Shown: positions 36,400 to 46,818 of the stretch, one piece after another | Numbering within the stretch: the stretch's first letter is position 1 | Layout of the letters: each line of letters begins with the position of its first letter | Source: a virus | Lineage: Duplodnaviria > Caudoviricetes | Virus record (IMG/VR): IMGVR_UViG_3300008740_000001 | Coordinates: 1-64,000 of that record | Strand: one strand, 5' to 3' | DNA length: 64,000 nt | Made by a program: the position numbers and the translations under genes | Notes under the pieces: generated by a model | What the model was told of the DNA's origin: nothing | Databases searched by the model: none | The model's input: only the letters and a program-made list of their open reading frames with translations

Positions 36400-37386
36400 A
36401 TGGAACTTGGTGCGCATTGGGGCCCATATCAGTTGGTTTTTAACAAAAACAACAAAGAAATGTTAAGCGAACACATAAGTGGCGTGCTACAATATATGAG
36501 ATATTATCCAAATTCAGTCTACGAAAACATATGGCTAGACGGGAATACTAATGAGTTGTTTAGTGCATCTCAAACTCTTTCTACTGGCAAATGTCCCATA
36601 AACCACATGTTCTGTTTGACACGCGAAGAATTCATCAATGATCAATATCCGACACACCAGCTTGGAATGAAACACAATTACGATGCGTTAAGGAATGTTT
36701 TTCTTAGTGAGAACACATTTGAGGCAATAAGTACAGAATTAAAATGTGGAGTCAACGAAGATCTGTTATCGCTAAGACACCAAGAAAAGGTTTTAATTGT
36801 GGGCGGAGGCCCTTCTACAAAACAAGTCGACTTTGCGAAACATAAAGATACTCCAGTTTGGACCATGAACGAGTTTTGGAAAAATCCGGTATTTGAATTT
36901 TTTAACAACATTCAGGCGGTGGCCTTGTGTGATGACGTTGATATCAATAGTTCGCAGCTGTGGGATTCGATTAATAATAATAATGCTGTGGTCCTGCAAG
37001 AGTTAAGTGATTTGGGCCCTGAGCGTGTCCAGTCAATTTATAACAAGGCCGGCCGGTCGACGTTTATTCATACACGATACAGATCAAAGCTGGGCATTGG
37101 CCCGAGAATGATTGTTTTAGCGATTATCCTAGGGGCCAAAGACATATATTTTTGTGGACTAGATGGCTATGATTCTGCTTCTGACGATACACACTCCTTT
37201 GAGTCTGGCAAAGACTATCCATATTGGTTCAAAGTGGGGGGTCACGCAATGCAAGCCCAGCAGCATGTGGTAACTTGGGATTATATTTTAAACTTTTTAA
37301 GACCCAGTTATGATTTCCGATTACACGATTTGTCTGCTGGAATGCCAAGTGTTAAGTATGGTTTTATGCAAGAGAATATTAAGTGA
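36400..37386 (+). CDS. DUF115/CstII-like putative ulosonate transferase
   Basis: LIVGGGPS, WTMNEF, IYFCGLDGY, HSFE. Confidence 0.65.
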   Translation: MELGAHWGPYQLVFNKNNKEMLSEHISGVLQYMRYYPNSVYENIWLDGNTNELFSASQTLSTGKCPINHMFCLTREEFINDQYPTHQLGMKHNYDALRNVFLSENTFEAISTELKCGVNEDLLSLRHQEKVLIVGGGPSTKQVDFAKHKDTPVWTMNEFWKNPVFEFFNNIQAVALCDDVDINSSQLWDSINNNNAVVLQELSDLGPERVQSIYNKAGRSTFIHTRYRSKLGIGPRMIVLAIILGAKDIYFCGLDGYDSASDDTHSFESGKDYPYWFKVGGHAMQAQQHVVTWDYILNFLRPSYDFRLHDLSAGMPSVKYGFMQENIK

Positions 37387-38072
37387 AAGATATTAACGAA
37401 ATAGCAGTAGTAATTCAGGCCCGCCTCGGCTCCCAGCGCGTTCCACGAAAAATGATTCGACCATTTGCAGACACAACTCTTCTTGATGTTGCATTAAAGA
37501 AGATTAGGCGATGCACTTCTTTTTCTCAAAATAATTTTTATTTGTCGGCGCATGAGCCAGAACTGGTGCTTCTTGGCGAAAAACACGGAGTCAACGTTTA
37601 CCGTCGATCAGCCAAGTCTGCGAATTCCGAAGGTACCCCCATGACTGAGATGTATGAATGGTGGGACCGCCTACCACATAAATATTGCGTATTGATAAAC
37701 GCATGCGCACCTTTTTTGCGTCCTGAGACAATAGACAACTTTGTAGAGGCCTACAAAATAAGCGATCAAGATGGGCTTTTTGGTGTAATTCATAAAAAAA
37801 ATTATTTTTGGAACGAACAACGAGAACTGTTAACTCCTCTTACCGAAGCGGTGATGAATACCAAGACGGTACCCGCAACATATGAGGCGGCTCATTGTCT
37901 CTACGCCGGCCGATTGGATAAAATAGGGGAAGATATATGGATGGGAAACTTTAATACACCGGGAGAAATAGGGCTATACATAATGGACGAGAAAGAAGCC
38001 TTGGACATTGATTATGAATGGCAATTTAATACATATGAAAAGCTATATAGAACATTATCAGAAGTGCGTTAA
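37383..38072 (+). CDS. neuA: CMP-sialic acid/ulosonate synthetase
   Basis: IQARLGSQRVPRK, CAPFL, LDIDYE. Confidence 0.85.
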   Translation: MKDINEIAVVIQARLGSQRVPRKMIRPFADTTLLDVALKKIRRCTSFSQNNFYLSAHEPELVLLGEKHGVNVYRRSAKSANSEGTPMTEMYEWWDRLPHKYCVLINACAPFLRPETIDNFVEAYKISDQDGLFGVIHKKNYFWNEQRELLTPLTEAVMNTKTVPATYEAAHCLYAGRLDKIGEDIWMGNFNTPGEIGLYIMDEKEALDIDYEWQFNTYEKLYRTLSEVR

Positions 38073-38868
38073 GCAAGCCCATGGGCCTGACCATATGTTC
38101 CTTGTCAAGCCAGTCTCCCCCGAGGATACTTTAGGCGAAGATATCGATTTAACACTAGAGGAGAATATTGAAACTTCAAAAGAATTCCGACAATTAGTAA
38201 AGTCGTTGAGTTTGAAAGTTTCGGATATTTTCCAAGACGGGACTCACATTCAAAGTACTTCGTTTTCGAACGAAATAATGGACACGCTGCAATTCCCCGA
38301 AGTTCATGAAATTTATGAACTTGCGTATGAACAGTTATTCAACTTGTATAAGTGTCACGTTACTACTAATCGTATACAAATATATCAAAACATATATTCC
38401 AAAGATACACCTTTGTCTTCATGGCAATGGCACTATGATGACAATCCTGTTCCGCAAAGAAAACTGTTTGTCTACTTGACGGATGTTGGTAGAGATGACG
38501 CTCCCTTTTGTTACTTGGGTGGCCCAACCGTTATTGGTACCACCCGAGATCAAGAGAGTACTGCATATCCATACAGAGTTGGGTCCTCGCGGATCTCACC
38601 TACCTATAGAAAAGAACAGGTGTTTAAAACTTCAAGAATTCCCGATCATTATATACGAAAGTTGCAAATGCGCCACGATGCCAGAGAATATTTTATCTTG
38701 GGCGAAGCAGGCACATCTTTTGTCTTTGATCCCAATATTATTCATAGAGCCACGATTCCCAAGCAGGGTCATCAACGCATAGCGCTTGTTTATCATCTTC
38801 ATCCGACATTGGAGAAGACTGAGCTACAAAATTTTTACAACAAGGATGTTAAAGTATATGCAATCTGA
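38008..38868 (+). CDS. PhyH-like Fe(II)/2-oxoglutarate dioxygenase (start uncertain)
   Basis: WHYD...KLFVYLTDV...APF...FDPNIIHRA. Confidence 0.75.
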   Translation: MIMNGNLIHMKSYIEHYQKCVKQAHGPDHMFLVKPVSPEDTLGEDIDLTLEENIETSKEFRQLVKSLSLKVSDIFQDGTHIQSTSFSNEIMDTLQFPEVHEIYELAYEQLFNLYKCHVTTNRIQIYQNIYSKDTPLSSWQWHYDDNPVPQRKLFVYLTDVGRDDAPFCYLGGPTVIGTTRDQESTAYPYRVGSSRISPTYRKEQVFKTSRIPDHYIRKLQMRHDAREYFILGEAGTSFVFDPNIIHRATIPKQGHQRIALVYHLHPTLEKTELQNFYNKDVKVYAI

Positions 38869-39721
38869 CAAAACATCATGCTTCGTGATCCCGTGCAAAT
38901 ATAGTAAAGAGATCCCGATTATTTTTAACTGCCTAAAGAGCATAAGAAAATTTCATCCGGATGATGAAATCTTTGTAGTAGACAGCAATTCAGAAGATAA
39001 AAGCTATTTTCAAGAGGCCTCCGAACAATATGGGGCTACGGTTTTAGATGTATCAAATAACAATTATTTAACCGGCGCCATTTGGTATGTGTTCAATCAT
39101 TACAAAAGGGACTTTTATTACTGTATTCACGATTCAATAGAACTGCTAGATAATCTCGCATCGCTGCAAGAACACAGAGTCTCACCTATTATGTACCATA
39201 AGCACTGGGAATGGCCCAAGGAACCCGAGACGGGAATGCGTATAGTTGACTGGTCAAAACAGCAAATAAAGAGCCACACTAATTTCACTTTTAGAGCCAG
39301 TGACTTTTATATTCTTCTGGGCGCAATGATGTGCTGCAAGAGGGAAGTCCTTGAAGGACTTAAAATGCAGGGGTTTGATAAGATCGTGCCATCCAACAAG
39401 TATCAAGAAGAATGCACGGAGAGATTGTGGGGATTCGCACTGGGAGAAATGGGATATAATCAAGACATAGAAGAAAACTCTATCCTCGGGCCCATGCGCC
39501 AAGGGCAAGGTCTCGGAACTGATTTTATTTCTAGCATTGCAGAAGATGATGATAGGGTTGTCTTTGAGGGAGTTAAATATTATAAGGATCCTGTCGGCAA
39601 ATATCATTTAGGAAATACGGACAGGGTGGTGTTGGATGACATACCCTTTGCTTTAAAACGAAACAAAATGTATGACGGTGACAAAGTGGTAAAATACTGG
39701 TGCAGCGTTAAGAGGAAGTAA
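38858..39721 (+). CDS. GT2-like (GT-A fold) glycosyltransferase
   Basis: FVIPCK, IFVVDSNS, CIHDS, ERLWG; start set at MQSDK. Confidence 0.7.
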   Translation: MQSDKTSCFVIPCKYSKEIPIIFNCLKSIRKFHPDDEIFVVDSNSEDKSYFQEASEQYGATVLDVSNNNYLTGAIWYVFNHYKRDFYYCIHDSIELLDNLASLQEHRVSPIMYHKHWEWPKEPETGMRIVDWSKQQIKSHTNFTFRASDFYILLGAMMCCKREVLEGLKMQGFDKIVPSNKYQEECTERLWGFALGEMGYNQDIEENSILGPMRQGQGLGTDFISSIAEDDDRVVFEGVKYYKDPVGKYHLGNTDRVVLDDIPFALKRNKMYDGDKVVKYWCSVKRK

Positions 39722-39722
39722 G

Positions 39723-40376
39723 ATGGCGGTAGCATGCTTTATCCCAATCAAAGAAAAGAGTACCAGAGTACCAAGAAAAAACTTCAGATATCTGCAGGAT
39801 CGGCGCCTTTTTGAACACATCATCGATACCGCAATCAAATCTGATAGTTTTGATAACATATATGTGGACACAGATAGTACAGAAATTAAGGAATATTGTA
39901 GAAAATCAGGAGTTTCGGTCATTCACAGGGAGCCCAAACTGGCAGAAGACACCGCTAACGGAAACGATTTGCTAAATCATTGGACTATGTTACACCCTGA
40001 ATACGACTATTATTTCCAGCTTCATGCCACCGCGCCATTTTTAAGCTCAACAACTGTTAAAAAATGTGTTAATATATTGACAGAAGCGAAGAATTATGAT
40101 TCTGTTTTTACAGCATATGAAAATTGCGGATGGTATTGGTATGAAAATACGCCGATTAATTATGATCCGGCCGAATTGCCTAGAAGTCAAGATGCCAAAA
40201 AGGTATACAGCGAAACTACTGGCCTATATGGAATAACTTCTTCGGCATTGAGGCATCTTGGGTGTCGTATCGGCTCTAAACCATATGTTTATTTTGTAGA
40301 TGAAGTTGAGGCGCATGATATCGACAATGAATTTGACTTTAAAATAGCGGAATTGATAGCGAGGGAATTAAAATAA
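39723..40376 (+). CDS. second CMP-ulosonate synthetase-like cytidylyltransferase
   Basis: IPIKEKSTRVPRKN, VDTDS, TAPFL, DIDNEFDF. Confidence 0.85.
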   Translation: MAVACFIPIKEKSTRVPRKNFRYLQDRRLFEHIIDTAIKSDSFDNIYVDTDSTEIKEYCRKSGVSVIHREPKLAEDTANGNDLLNHWTMLHPEYDYYFQLHATAPFLSSTTVKKCVNILTEAKNYDSVFTAYENCGWYWYENTPINYDPAELPRSQDAKKVYSETTGLYGITSSALRHLGCRIGSKPYVYFVDEVEAHDIDNEFDFKIAELIARELK

Positions 40377-41359
40377 TGTTAGACACTGAAAATATTGAAA
40401 GCAAATTTCATTCAATTATCAAATCTCAAGGATGGAATGATTATGTTAAGCAATTGAACTCTGTTGATGATGTGTATGTGATAGGGAACGGAGGCAATTG
40501 GGCGGTCGGCAGCCATGGGGCTATCGACAATCTCAAGATGTCAAAAGATAAAAGATTTTTTAGTCCGGACAGTACCGCTTATGTCACTGCGGCTTCGAAT
40601 GATTGGGGTTACGATAACTTATTTTTAAACTGGCTTAAGCATCAAAACAAAAACGGCGATCTATACAATGGCAAGGTGATGGTACTAGGACTTTCGTCTT
40701 CTGGAAATTCAGAAAACATCATTAGAGCGCTAAGGTGGGCTTCTGATGCCGGCATTCCGACATGTCTGATAACAGGGCAAAAAAGTAAAGAGCTTGAAAA
40801 GTATCCAACCATCAACACAGTAGAGGTTGACTTGGGGGTGCAGTATTACCACTCAGCAGAACTGTTAACGTTGTGGCTATTTTACGAAATGGTACACGTT
40901 ACGGGCGCCACCTGTCCGAAGTTCGTCGATAGAAAAGACGATTCTGTCGAAAGAAAACAATGGACGGGTATTAGAAAGCATAGCTATCCAGACGAGATGA
41001 TCAATATTGGTATTGACTTTGATGGTGTAATACACAGGTGTTCTAAGGGCTTCTATGATGGAACGATTTACGATGAACCTGTCGACGGCGCCGCAGAAGC
41101 TTTGAAGTCTTTAGCCGAAAAATACAATATTATAGTTTATACAGCAAAGGCCAAGCCAGATCGGCCATTGATAAGCGGAAAAACCGGCCAAGAGTTGGTG
41201 TGGGAATGGCTTGACAAGTGGAACTTTAGCCAGTATGTATGTGAAGTTACAGCAGAAAAGCCTAGGGCCAAGTTCTACATAGATGACAAAGCTATCCGGT
41301 TTGTTGATTGGGCAGATGCACTGGAGGCCATAGATACTCTTTATGATGAAAGTTATTAA
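40376..41359 (+). CDS. SIS-domain sugar isomerase (GmhA-like) fused to a HAD phosphatase
   Basis: IGNGGN, LSSSGNSENIIRAL; C-half IDFDGVIH...YIDDKA. Confidence 0.8.
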   Translation: MLDTENIESKFHSIIKSQGWNDYVKQLNSVDDVYVIGNGGNWAVGSHGAIDNLKMSKDKRFFSPDSTAYVTAASNDWGYDNLFLNWLKHQNKNGDLYNGKVMVLGLSSSGNSENIIRALRWASDAGIPTCLITGQKSKELEKYPTINTVEVDLGVQYYHSAELLTLWLFYEMVHVTGATCPKFVDRKDDSVERKQWTGIRKHSYPDEMINIGIDFDGVIHRCSKGFYDGTIYDEPVDGAAEALKSLAEKYNIIVYTAKAKPDRPLISGKTGQELVWEWLDKWNFSQYVCEVTAEKPRAKFYIDDKAIRFVDWADALEAIDTLYDESY

Positions 41360-42026
41360 AAATATATTTGCAGAAGAGAAACAGAAGAAATGTTTTATCA
41401 TGGGCACCGGCCCGTCTTTATCAGACACTCCTTTGCACTTGTTGAAAGAACATATCACAATAGGTGTCAACTTGGTGATGCATTCAGGATTTGTGCCAAA
41501 TTATTTATGTGTTAGTGATAGAGAGATGGCCGTCGATAACTTTGATGCTATTTTTAATGAGAAGATGGATAACGGTACATATGTTATAGCTAGAACCAAA
41601 AATCAACATGTTAATAATTTCCTAATGAGAAAGAGTAATGTGTATTTAATTGAAGGATTTAAAGAAAACAGACCAGTTAGGCCGCCCCATATAGATGAAC
41701 AGTTTTTGAAATTTGCAATGACTAAAAACGGGGTTGTCAACGACTTAGCTGTTCCGCTGGCAGTCTATCTGGGATTTAAGGAAATTTATTTATTAGGAGT
41801 CGATGGCGAACATGGCCCAGAGGCCCACTTCTATGATCACGTCAACGCTAAGGACAAGAAGGAATCAATCATAAGAGGGCCCCGCACGCCAACGAAATAT
41901 GACTTATTGCTCGAAATATTAAAACATAGAGACATAAGCCTGTATAATTGTAGTGTTAATGGAAATAAGACGCCCGAAATAGAAACTAAGAAACTAGGAG
42001 ACGTATTAAATGGTTCATGCCTCTGA
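41343..42026 (+). CDS. DUF115/MptE-like protein
   Basis: IMGTGPSL, IGVN, IYLLGVD, HFYD. Confidence 0.75.
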   Translation: MMKVIKNIFAEEKQKKCFIMGTGPSLSDTPLHLLKEHITIGVNLVMHSGFVPNYLCVSDREMAVDNFDAIFNEKMDNGTYVIARTKNQHVNNFLMRKSNVYLIEGFKENRPVRPPHIDEQFLKFAMTKNGVVNDLAVPLAVYLGFKEIYLLGVDGEHGPEAHFYDHVNAKDKKESIIRGPRTPTKYDLLLEILKHRDISLYNCSVNGNKTPEIETKKLGDVLNGSCL

Positions 42027-42732
42027 CATGCATTATCATCAAGAATTGATTGAGAAGCTGGTTCGCGCCACTTCTGCAAAAGTTGTATTAGAACTTGGCG
42101 TCCGTGCCATCGTTTCCCACCCGCGCAAAGGCACCTCGACATTCTTTTTCTGGAAATCATTGGCTCCAGAAGAGGGAAAACTTTATTCAGTTGATCTGAA
42201 AAACCCGGCAAGTCATAATCATTCAGAAGAATTCCTACTACGCGAATTACGAAGTTCAGGTAGATGGGAGTTTATCCAAGGAAATACCATGAATGTGTTC
42301 GAGGACATAGAGGCTCGCTTCCGGAAAGAGAATATAAGTGTGGACATTCTTTTCATCGACACGGACAAAGAAGGTGACTTAACAAAATATGAATTGGAAA
42401 ACTATTCTAAGCTGCTGGGGCCCAAAGGCATTATCATGATGCACGATACAGGGTGGGTACCCAGCAAGAGGGTGCATGAACTAGCCAGAGCAAACTCAGG
42501 CTGGCCGGCCCATGATTCGGCGGTTCAAGATTTCTTGCAGCAGACAGATTTTAAGATGAAAGCACAACTCGGAAGTTACAATATGGTCGTACTTTATAGA
42601 GATGTTGCCGATCTATGCGGAGTGAAGATTGATAATGATCTCCCGGTCGACGAAAATAGGGCGCCCTATGAAGACTCAAAAGTTGCACTACGGCGCCGCA
42701 AGTTTAACGAAATTTGGAGTAAATACGAATGA
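42010..42732 (+). CDS. class I SAM methyltransferase (Methyltransf_24-like)
   Basis: VLELGV, ILFIDT, IMMHDT. Confidence 0.8.
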   Translation: MVHASDMHYHQELIEKLVRATSAKVVLELGVRAIVSHPRKGTSTFFFWKSLAPEEGKLYSVDLKNPASHNHSEEFLLRELRSSGRWEFIQGNTMNVFEDIEARFRKENISVDILFIDTDKEGDLTKYELENYSKLLGPKGIIMMHDTGWVPSKRVHELARANSGWPAHDSAVQDFLQQTDFKMKAQLGSYNMVVLYRDVADLCGVKIDNDLPVDENRAPYEDSKVALRRRKFNEIWSKYE

Positions 42733-43913
42733 AAATTTTTAGAGAAAGTCTCGATAGCGAGAAGTATATTATGGTCGAATACTATTTAGAGTCCAAGACG
42801 ACACTAAGAGATGCCGCATGGAGCTTGGCCATTGGACAAAGTGTAGGTAATCCCAATGTAAGAAACCAGTGGGAGACCGATGAACTTTTTGAAAACCACG
42901 CATGTATGGTGCTCGGTGATGAAGAGTGGCTAGCATCTTCAAATTCTGGACATGTCGCCATTGGTTTTCCAGTCGACAATATCGATTTGTCAACTGATGG
43001 GATTTCTCACCTGTTATGTCAGATTATGGGAGGCCAGTTAGATATTGATATTGTTTTAAAATGTCATGTGCTGAATATTGAATTTCCCCAAGCGGCTTTA
43101 CAACATTTTCGTGGGCCAAAATATGGAATCTCTGGTATTCGAAAGTTTACAAAGGTGTATGATAAACCGCTTTTGGGCGGAATCGTTAAGCCCAAGATTG
43201 GCATTAGTCCAGAAGTGCTGTTGGAAATGGTCAAGGAAATGGTTGAAGGCGGTGTAAACTTTATTAAAGAAGACGAGATTATGTCTAACCCGCATTTCTG
43301 CACAATCGAAGATCGTGTCCCGAGAATAATGGAATATCTGAAAAACAAGAATGTAATTTATTCGGTTTGCATTAATTCTGATGCTCCGTACTTGTTAGAC
43401 AGAGTTCGACAAGTTCACTCTTTGGGCGGAAACTCTGTACATGTTAACTTCTGGAGCGGCTTAGGATCTTATAAGGCGATTAGAGATCTGGACTTACCAT
43501 TGTTTATTCATTTTCAGAAAAGCGGCGACAAGATCTTGACGAACAAAAGTCACGACTATCACATTGACTGGAGAGTCGTATGTGATCTGGCCGGCCTTAT
43601 GGGTGTTGATTTCATCCATGCTGGCATGTGGGGCGGCTATATGAGTGACAATGAGAAAGAACTCAAAGCAGTTGTGTCCACGCTACATAACCACGGAGTG
43701 GTGCCTGCATTAAGCTGCGGCATGCATCCGGGCTTGGTACAAGCCATCAACAGCCGCTTTGGGGTAGACTACATGGCGAACGTAGGAGGAGCCATCCACG
43801 GCCATCCTAGTGGCTCTCTTGGTGGCGCCCGAGCCATGCGCCAGTCAATTGATCACGACCACGGTTTAGAATATGAGCTAGCTATAGACAAGTGGGGTCT
43901 GGTTGATGGCTAG
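42729..43913 (+). CDS. RuBisCO-like protein (form IV RLP)
   Basis: GIVKPKIG, FIKEDE, FIHAG, SCGMHPG, GGAIHGHP; lacks E60, H294 and K334 equivalents. Confidence 0.92.
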   Translation: MKIFRESLDSEKYIMVEYYLESKTTLRDAAWSLAIGQSVGNPNVRNQWETDELFENHACMVLGDEEWLASSNSGHVAIGFPVDNIDLSTDGISHLLCQIMGGQLDIDIVLKCHVLNIEFPQAALQHFRGPKYGISGIRKFTKVYDKPLLGGIVKPKIGISPEVLLEMVKEMVEGGVNFIKEDEIMSNPHFCTIEDRVPRIMEYLKNKNVIYSVCINSDAPYLLDRVRQVHSLGGNSVHVNFWSGLGSYKAIRDLDLPLFIHFQKSGDKILTNKSHDYHIDWRVVCDLAGLMGVDFIHAGMWGGYMSDNEKELKAVVSTLHNHGVVPALSCGMHPGLVQAINSRFGVDYMANVGGAIHGHPSGSLGGARAMRQSIDHDHGLEYELAIDKWGLVDG

Positions 43914-44823
43914 GGACATCATAACAACTATGCCGGATTATAATGTTAGAATCTTAGTCTGTGGTATGTCGCGCAGTGGCAGTACGCTGTTAGTAAAAAT
44001 GATACGAAAGTATTTCGCTGAATACCACGGTTTAGTTTTACCAGTGTTGAGTAATAAACAGTTCTTGAACGCCCCACCTCGTTCGGGCAATTACATTGTC
44101 AAGACACACGTTCCAGATGTTAGTATTAAAAGAAAATACAAGCACGACCAACCCCGGGACCCTGATGATAAAGAACTTAAACAATATTTCTCGCTTACTG
44201 ATATTTTCCGTACAAAAAGAGATATAAGAGATGCAGCTGCTTCAGAAATTATAAGTTTGAACCTGCGTGAGCATTTCTTTCCGAGCGATGCCAAGGCGCT
44301 CCTAACTAAAAACGAAGATTACGAGTCTCCTTACTTAAGGGAAATTGTTAAAAAATTACACAGAGAACATATGATTTGGGCACATACCTTATCCCGCGTC
44401 CACACTCATCCAGATTTTACAGCATCCAGCACTAACACCAAGTGGTATGAGTGGAAATATGAAGATAGTATATCTGATCAGCACGCGGCATTTCGAAACG
44501 TTTTAGCGTTTTTAAAAGAAAGGCACGACTTTATCGAAGATTTGGACGACGCCTCTATCGCAAATTTGCTGGCCTCGCTGCCCGATCCAGTAGAATTACC
44601 TCGCAGCGAGGACGACTTCCGAGGCCTGCCTAGAGAATTCTGGAGAGACCCCGAAAAATTCGCAAGCGAGAACGTACCCTACAAAAAGAGGCTTGGTTGG
44701 GATGTGGGGGTGTCTAGTACCGGCGGCAAAATTGGATATTATAAAGAATTTTTTACAAAAGAACAATTAAAAGTCATTGATGGACAATGTGTTCAGTGGC
44801 TAAAAAGGAATGGTTATAAATGA
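43903..44823 (+). CDS. sulfotransferase-fold protein
   Basis: GMSRSGSTLL (5'-PSB-like), VKTH, RDIRDAAAS, WKYED. Confidence 0.7.
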   Translation: MMARDIITTMPDYNVRILVCGMSRSGSTLLVKMIRKYFAEYHGLVLPVLSNKQFLNAPPRSGNYIVKTHVPDVSIKRKYKHDQPRDPDDKELKQYFSLTDIFRTKRDIRDAAASEIISLNLREHFFPSDAKALLTKNEDYESPYLREIVKKLHREHMIWAHTLSRVHTHPDFTASSTNTKWYEWKYEDSISDQHAAFRNVLAFLKERHDFIEDLDDASIANLLASLPDPVELPRSEDDFRGLPREFWRDPEKFASENVPYKKRLGWDVGVSSTGGKIGYYKEFFTKEQLKVIDGQCVQWLKRNGYK

Positions 44824-45752
44824 AAAGATTGATTGTAACGACAGCAGATGATAAATTTGCACCCGGCACTGCTTTATTGTTATATTCCCTTAAAAGAAAT
44901 ATGGTGAGATTCGCAGAAACTGACGTAAAGGTGCTGTATACAAATTTGTCCGATGAGAATAAGAAAATGATTAAAAGTGTACTCTCTAGAGTACAGTTTG
45001 AAAAACCAGATATGGATTTTTGCGCAGGTATTAAGACGCTTTACGGCGCCGACAACCAAGACACTTATTTGTGTCTTGAGGCATTTAGACAACACGAATA
45101 CGATCAAGTAATATGCTTAGATAGTGATATGCTTTGTATAGGGGACATCTCCCCGTTGCTCGGCTATGATAAGGTAATCATGGCATGTATTGGAAAAAGA
45201 AACCTTAACACAAAAGAACAGACCTATCATCATGGAATTGACAAGTTTAATGCCGGCTTTATGGTGATTGGTAAGCAAATTCTACAGAACAATAGGGTGT
45301 ATCAAGACTTGACATCAATAGTACGACATATTAGAGACAACAAGCGTGATGGCCTATACAACGTCTTTGGTGATAATCGAAAAGTGTTTAACGATCAGGA
45401 TGTAATAAGAGTATACTTTAGCAGTGCTCCAACACATATTCTGCCGGATTGGTATAATTTTAAGAATTTTTGTTTGGGCCCAAACTTTGAAGAAACAAAC
45501 AAGATTTTCGATACTCACCAAAACGACGTAAAGATTCTGCATTTTTCGGGGAAAAGAAAACCATGGGCGAATAAGACGGACCGCTCTGGTGGACCCGTTG
45601 ACGGGAAGATAGCAGGGATTTATGATGTCTGCTCAGTGGCAGATCCGGAGGAAATGAACAACAGCGCCGCCTGTCACATATGGCACGATTATTATGAAGA
45701 ATGTTTCGGAGAGAAGTGCATTAATGATTGGTACAGGCACGACAGGAGTTAA
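44820..45752 (+). CDS. GT8 glycosyltransferase
   Basis: CLDSDML (DxD), FNAG, DQD, HFSGKRKPW. Confidence 0.9.
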   Translation: MKRLIVTTADDKFAPGTALLLYSLKRNMVRFAETDVKVLYTNLSDENKKMIKSVLSRVQFEKPDMDFCAGIKTLYGADNQDTYLCLEAFRQHEYDQVICLDSDMLCIGDISPLLGYDKVIMACIGKRNLNTKEQTYHHGIDKFNAGFMVIGKQILQNNRVYQDLTSIVRHIRDNKRDGLYNVFGDNRKVFNDQDVIRVYFSSAPTHILPDWYNFKNFCLGPNFEETNKIFDTHQNDVKILHFSGKRKPWANKTDRSGGPVDGKIAGIYDVCSVADPEEMNNSAACHIWHDYYEECFGEKCINDWYRHDRS

Positions 45753-45758
45753 GGCATC

Positions 45759-46493
45759 GTGAATATTTTAATTCCAATGGCCGGCGCCGGCTCTCGTTTT
45801 ACGCAAGAAGGCTACGAACTGCCTAAACCACTGATCGACATAGCCGGCCTCCCGATGATTCAGAGATGCATCAACAGCTTAGATATAACAGGACAGTATA
45901 TTTTTATCATTAGAAAATATGAGACTCTAGCTGAGACCATTTTACTTCGAGATATTTTGAAACAAATAACGGAAGAACCAATTATCATTGAAATAGATCA
46001 CGTTACAGAAGGCGCCGCATGTACATGCTTGTTGGCAAAGGAACATATAAACAATTCCGAACAACTGATTTCAGTCAATTGTGATCAGATAATGAATTGG
46101 GACTCTAAGGAGTTTCTAAATCTTGTAGAAGGTGCAAACGTTGATGGTTGTGTGGTAACATATAATTCTGATTCGATCAAAAATAGCTACATTGAACTAG
46201 ACGAGCAGGGGTTTGGCGTTCGGCTAGCCGAGAAGGATCCAATTAGTAACCTCTCTTTAACAGGAATCCACTATTGGAAACAGGGTCGCTACTTTGTAAA
46301 ATCGGCGGAAGCTATGATAAACGACAACATCAGAGTAAATAACGAGTTTTATGTGGCACCAACCTATAATCATATGATTTCGGATGGACTAAAGGTCAAC
46401 AATTATCATATTGAGAACTCCAACTTTCACCCTGTTGGTACTCCAGAAGATTTAAAGAAGTATCTTCATAGCCATTATGGTATAGAGAAATGA
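45759..46493 (+). CDS. sugar-phosphate nucleotidyltransferase
   Basis: IPMAGAGSRF...PKPLI, NCDQ, EFYVAP, GTPEDL. Confidence 0.9.
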   Translation: MNILIPMAGAGSRFTQEGYELPKPLIDIAGLPMIQRCINSLDITGQYIFIIRKYETLAETILLRDILKQITEEPIIIEIDHVTEGAACTCLLAKEHINNSEQLISVNCDQIMNWDSKEFLNLVEGANVDGCVVTYNSDSIKNSYIELDEQGFGVRLAEKDPISNLSLTGIHYWKQGRYFVKSAEAMINDNIRVNNEFYVAPTYNHMISDGLKVNNYHIENSNFHPVGTPEDLKKYLHSHYGIEK

Positions 46494-46816
46494 AAATTTT
46501 AAAGCTAAAAGACATGAAGGCCGGCTGGTTTATTGGTAATTTTGAACCAACTGCCTATAAAACTTCTGATTTTGAGGTATGTTATAAAGAACACCCCGCC
46601 GGCGAATCATGGGATGTGCATTTTCATAAGAAAGCTCTGGAAATTAACTATCTGATTCGTGGAAAGATGTGTATACAGGGCAAAATTTTGGAGCAAGGCG
46701 ATATTTTTATGTTATATCCGTGGGAAGTGGCAGACCCAGTTTTCATAGAAGACTGTGAGGTTGTTGTGGTCAAAGTACCTTCCGTTCCAAACGATAAATT
46801 TACAATTAAGGAATAA
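46490..46816 (+). CDS. cupin-domain protein
   Basis: MKAGWFIGNFEP, HFHKKALEIN, KVPSVPNDK. Confidence 0.8.
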   Translation: MKILKLKDMKAGWFIGNFEPTAYKTSDFEVCYKEHPAGESWDVHFHKKALEINYLIRGKMCIQGKILEQGDIFMLYPWEVADPVFIEDCEVVVVKVPSVPNDKFTIKE

Positions 46817-46818
46817 AA

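Noticed and set aside
42729-43913. True RuBisCO (CO2-fixing AMG)
   Set aside because: Equivalents of E60, N123, H294 and K334 are substituted, and no small subunit or phosphoribulokinase is nearby; it is a form IV RLP.
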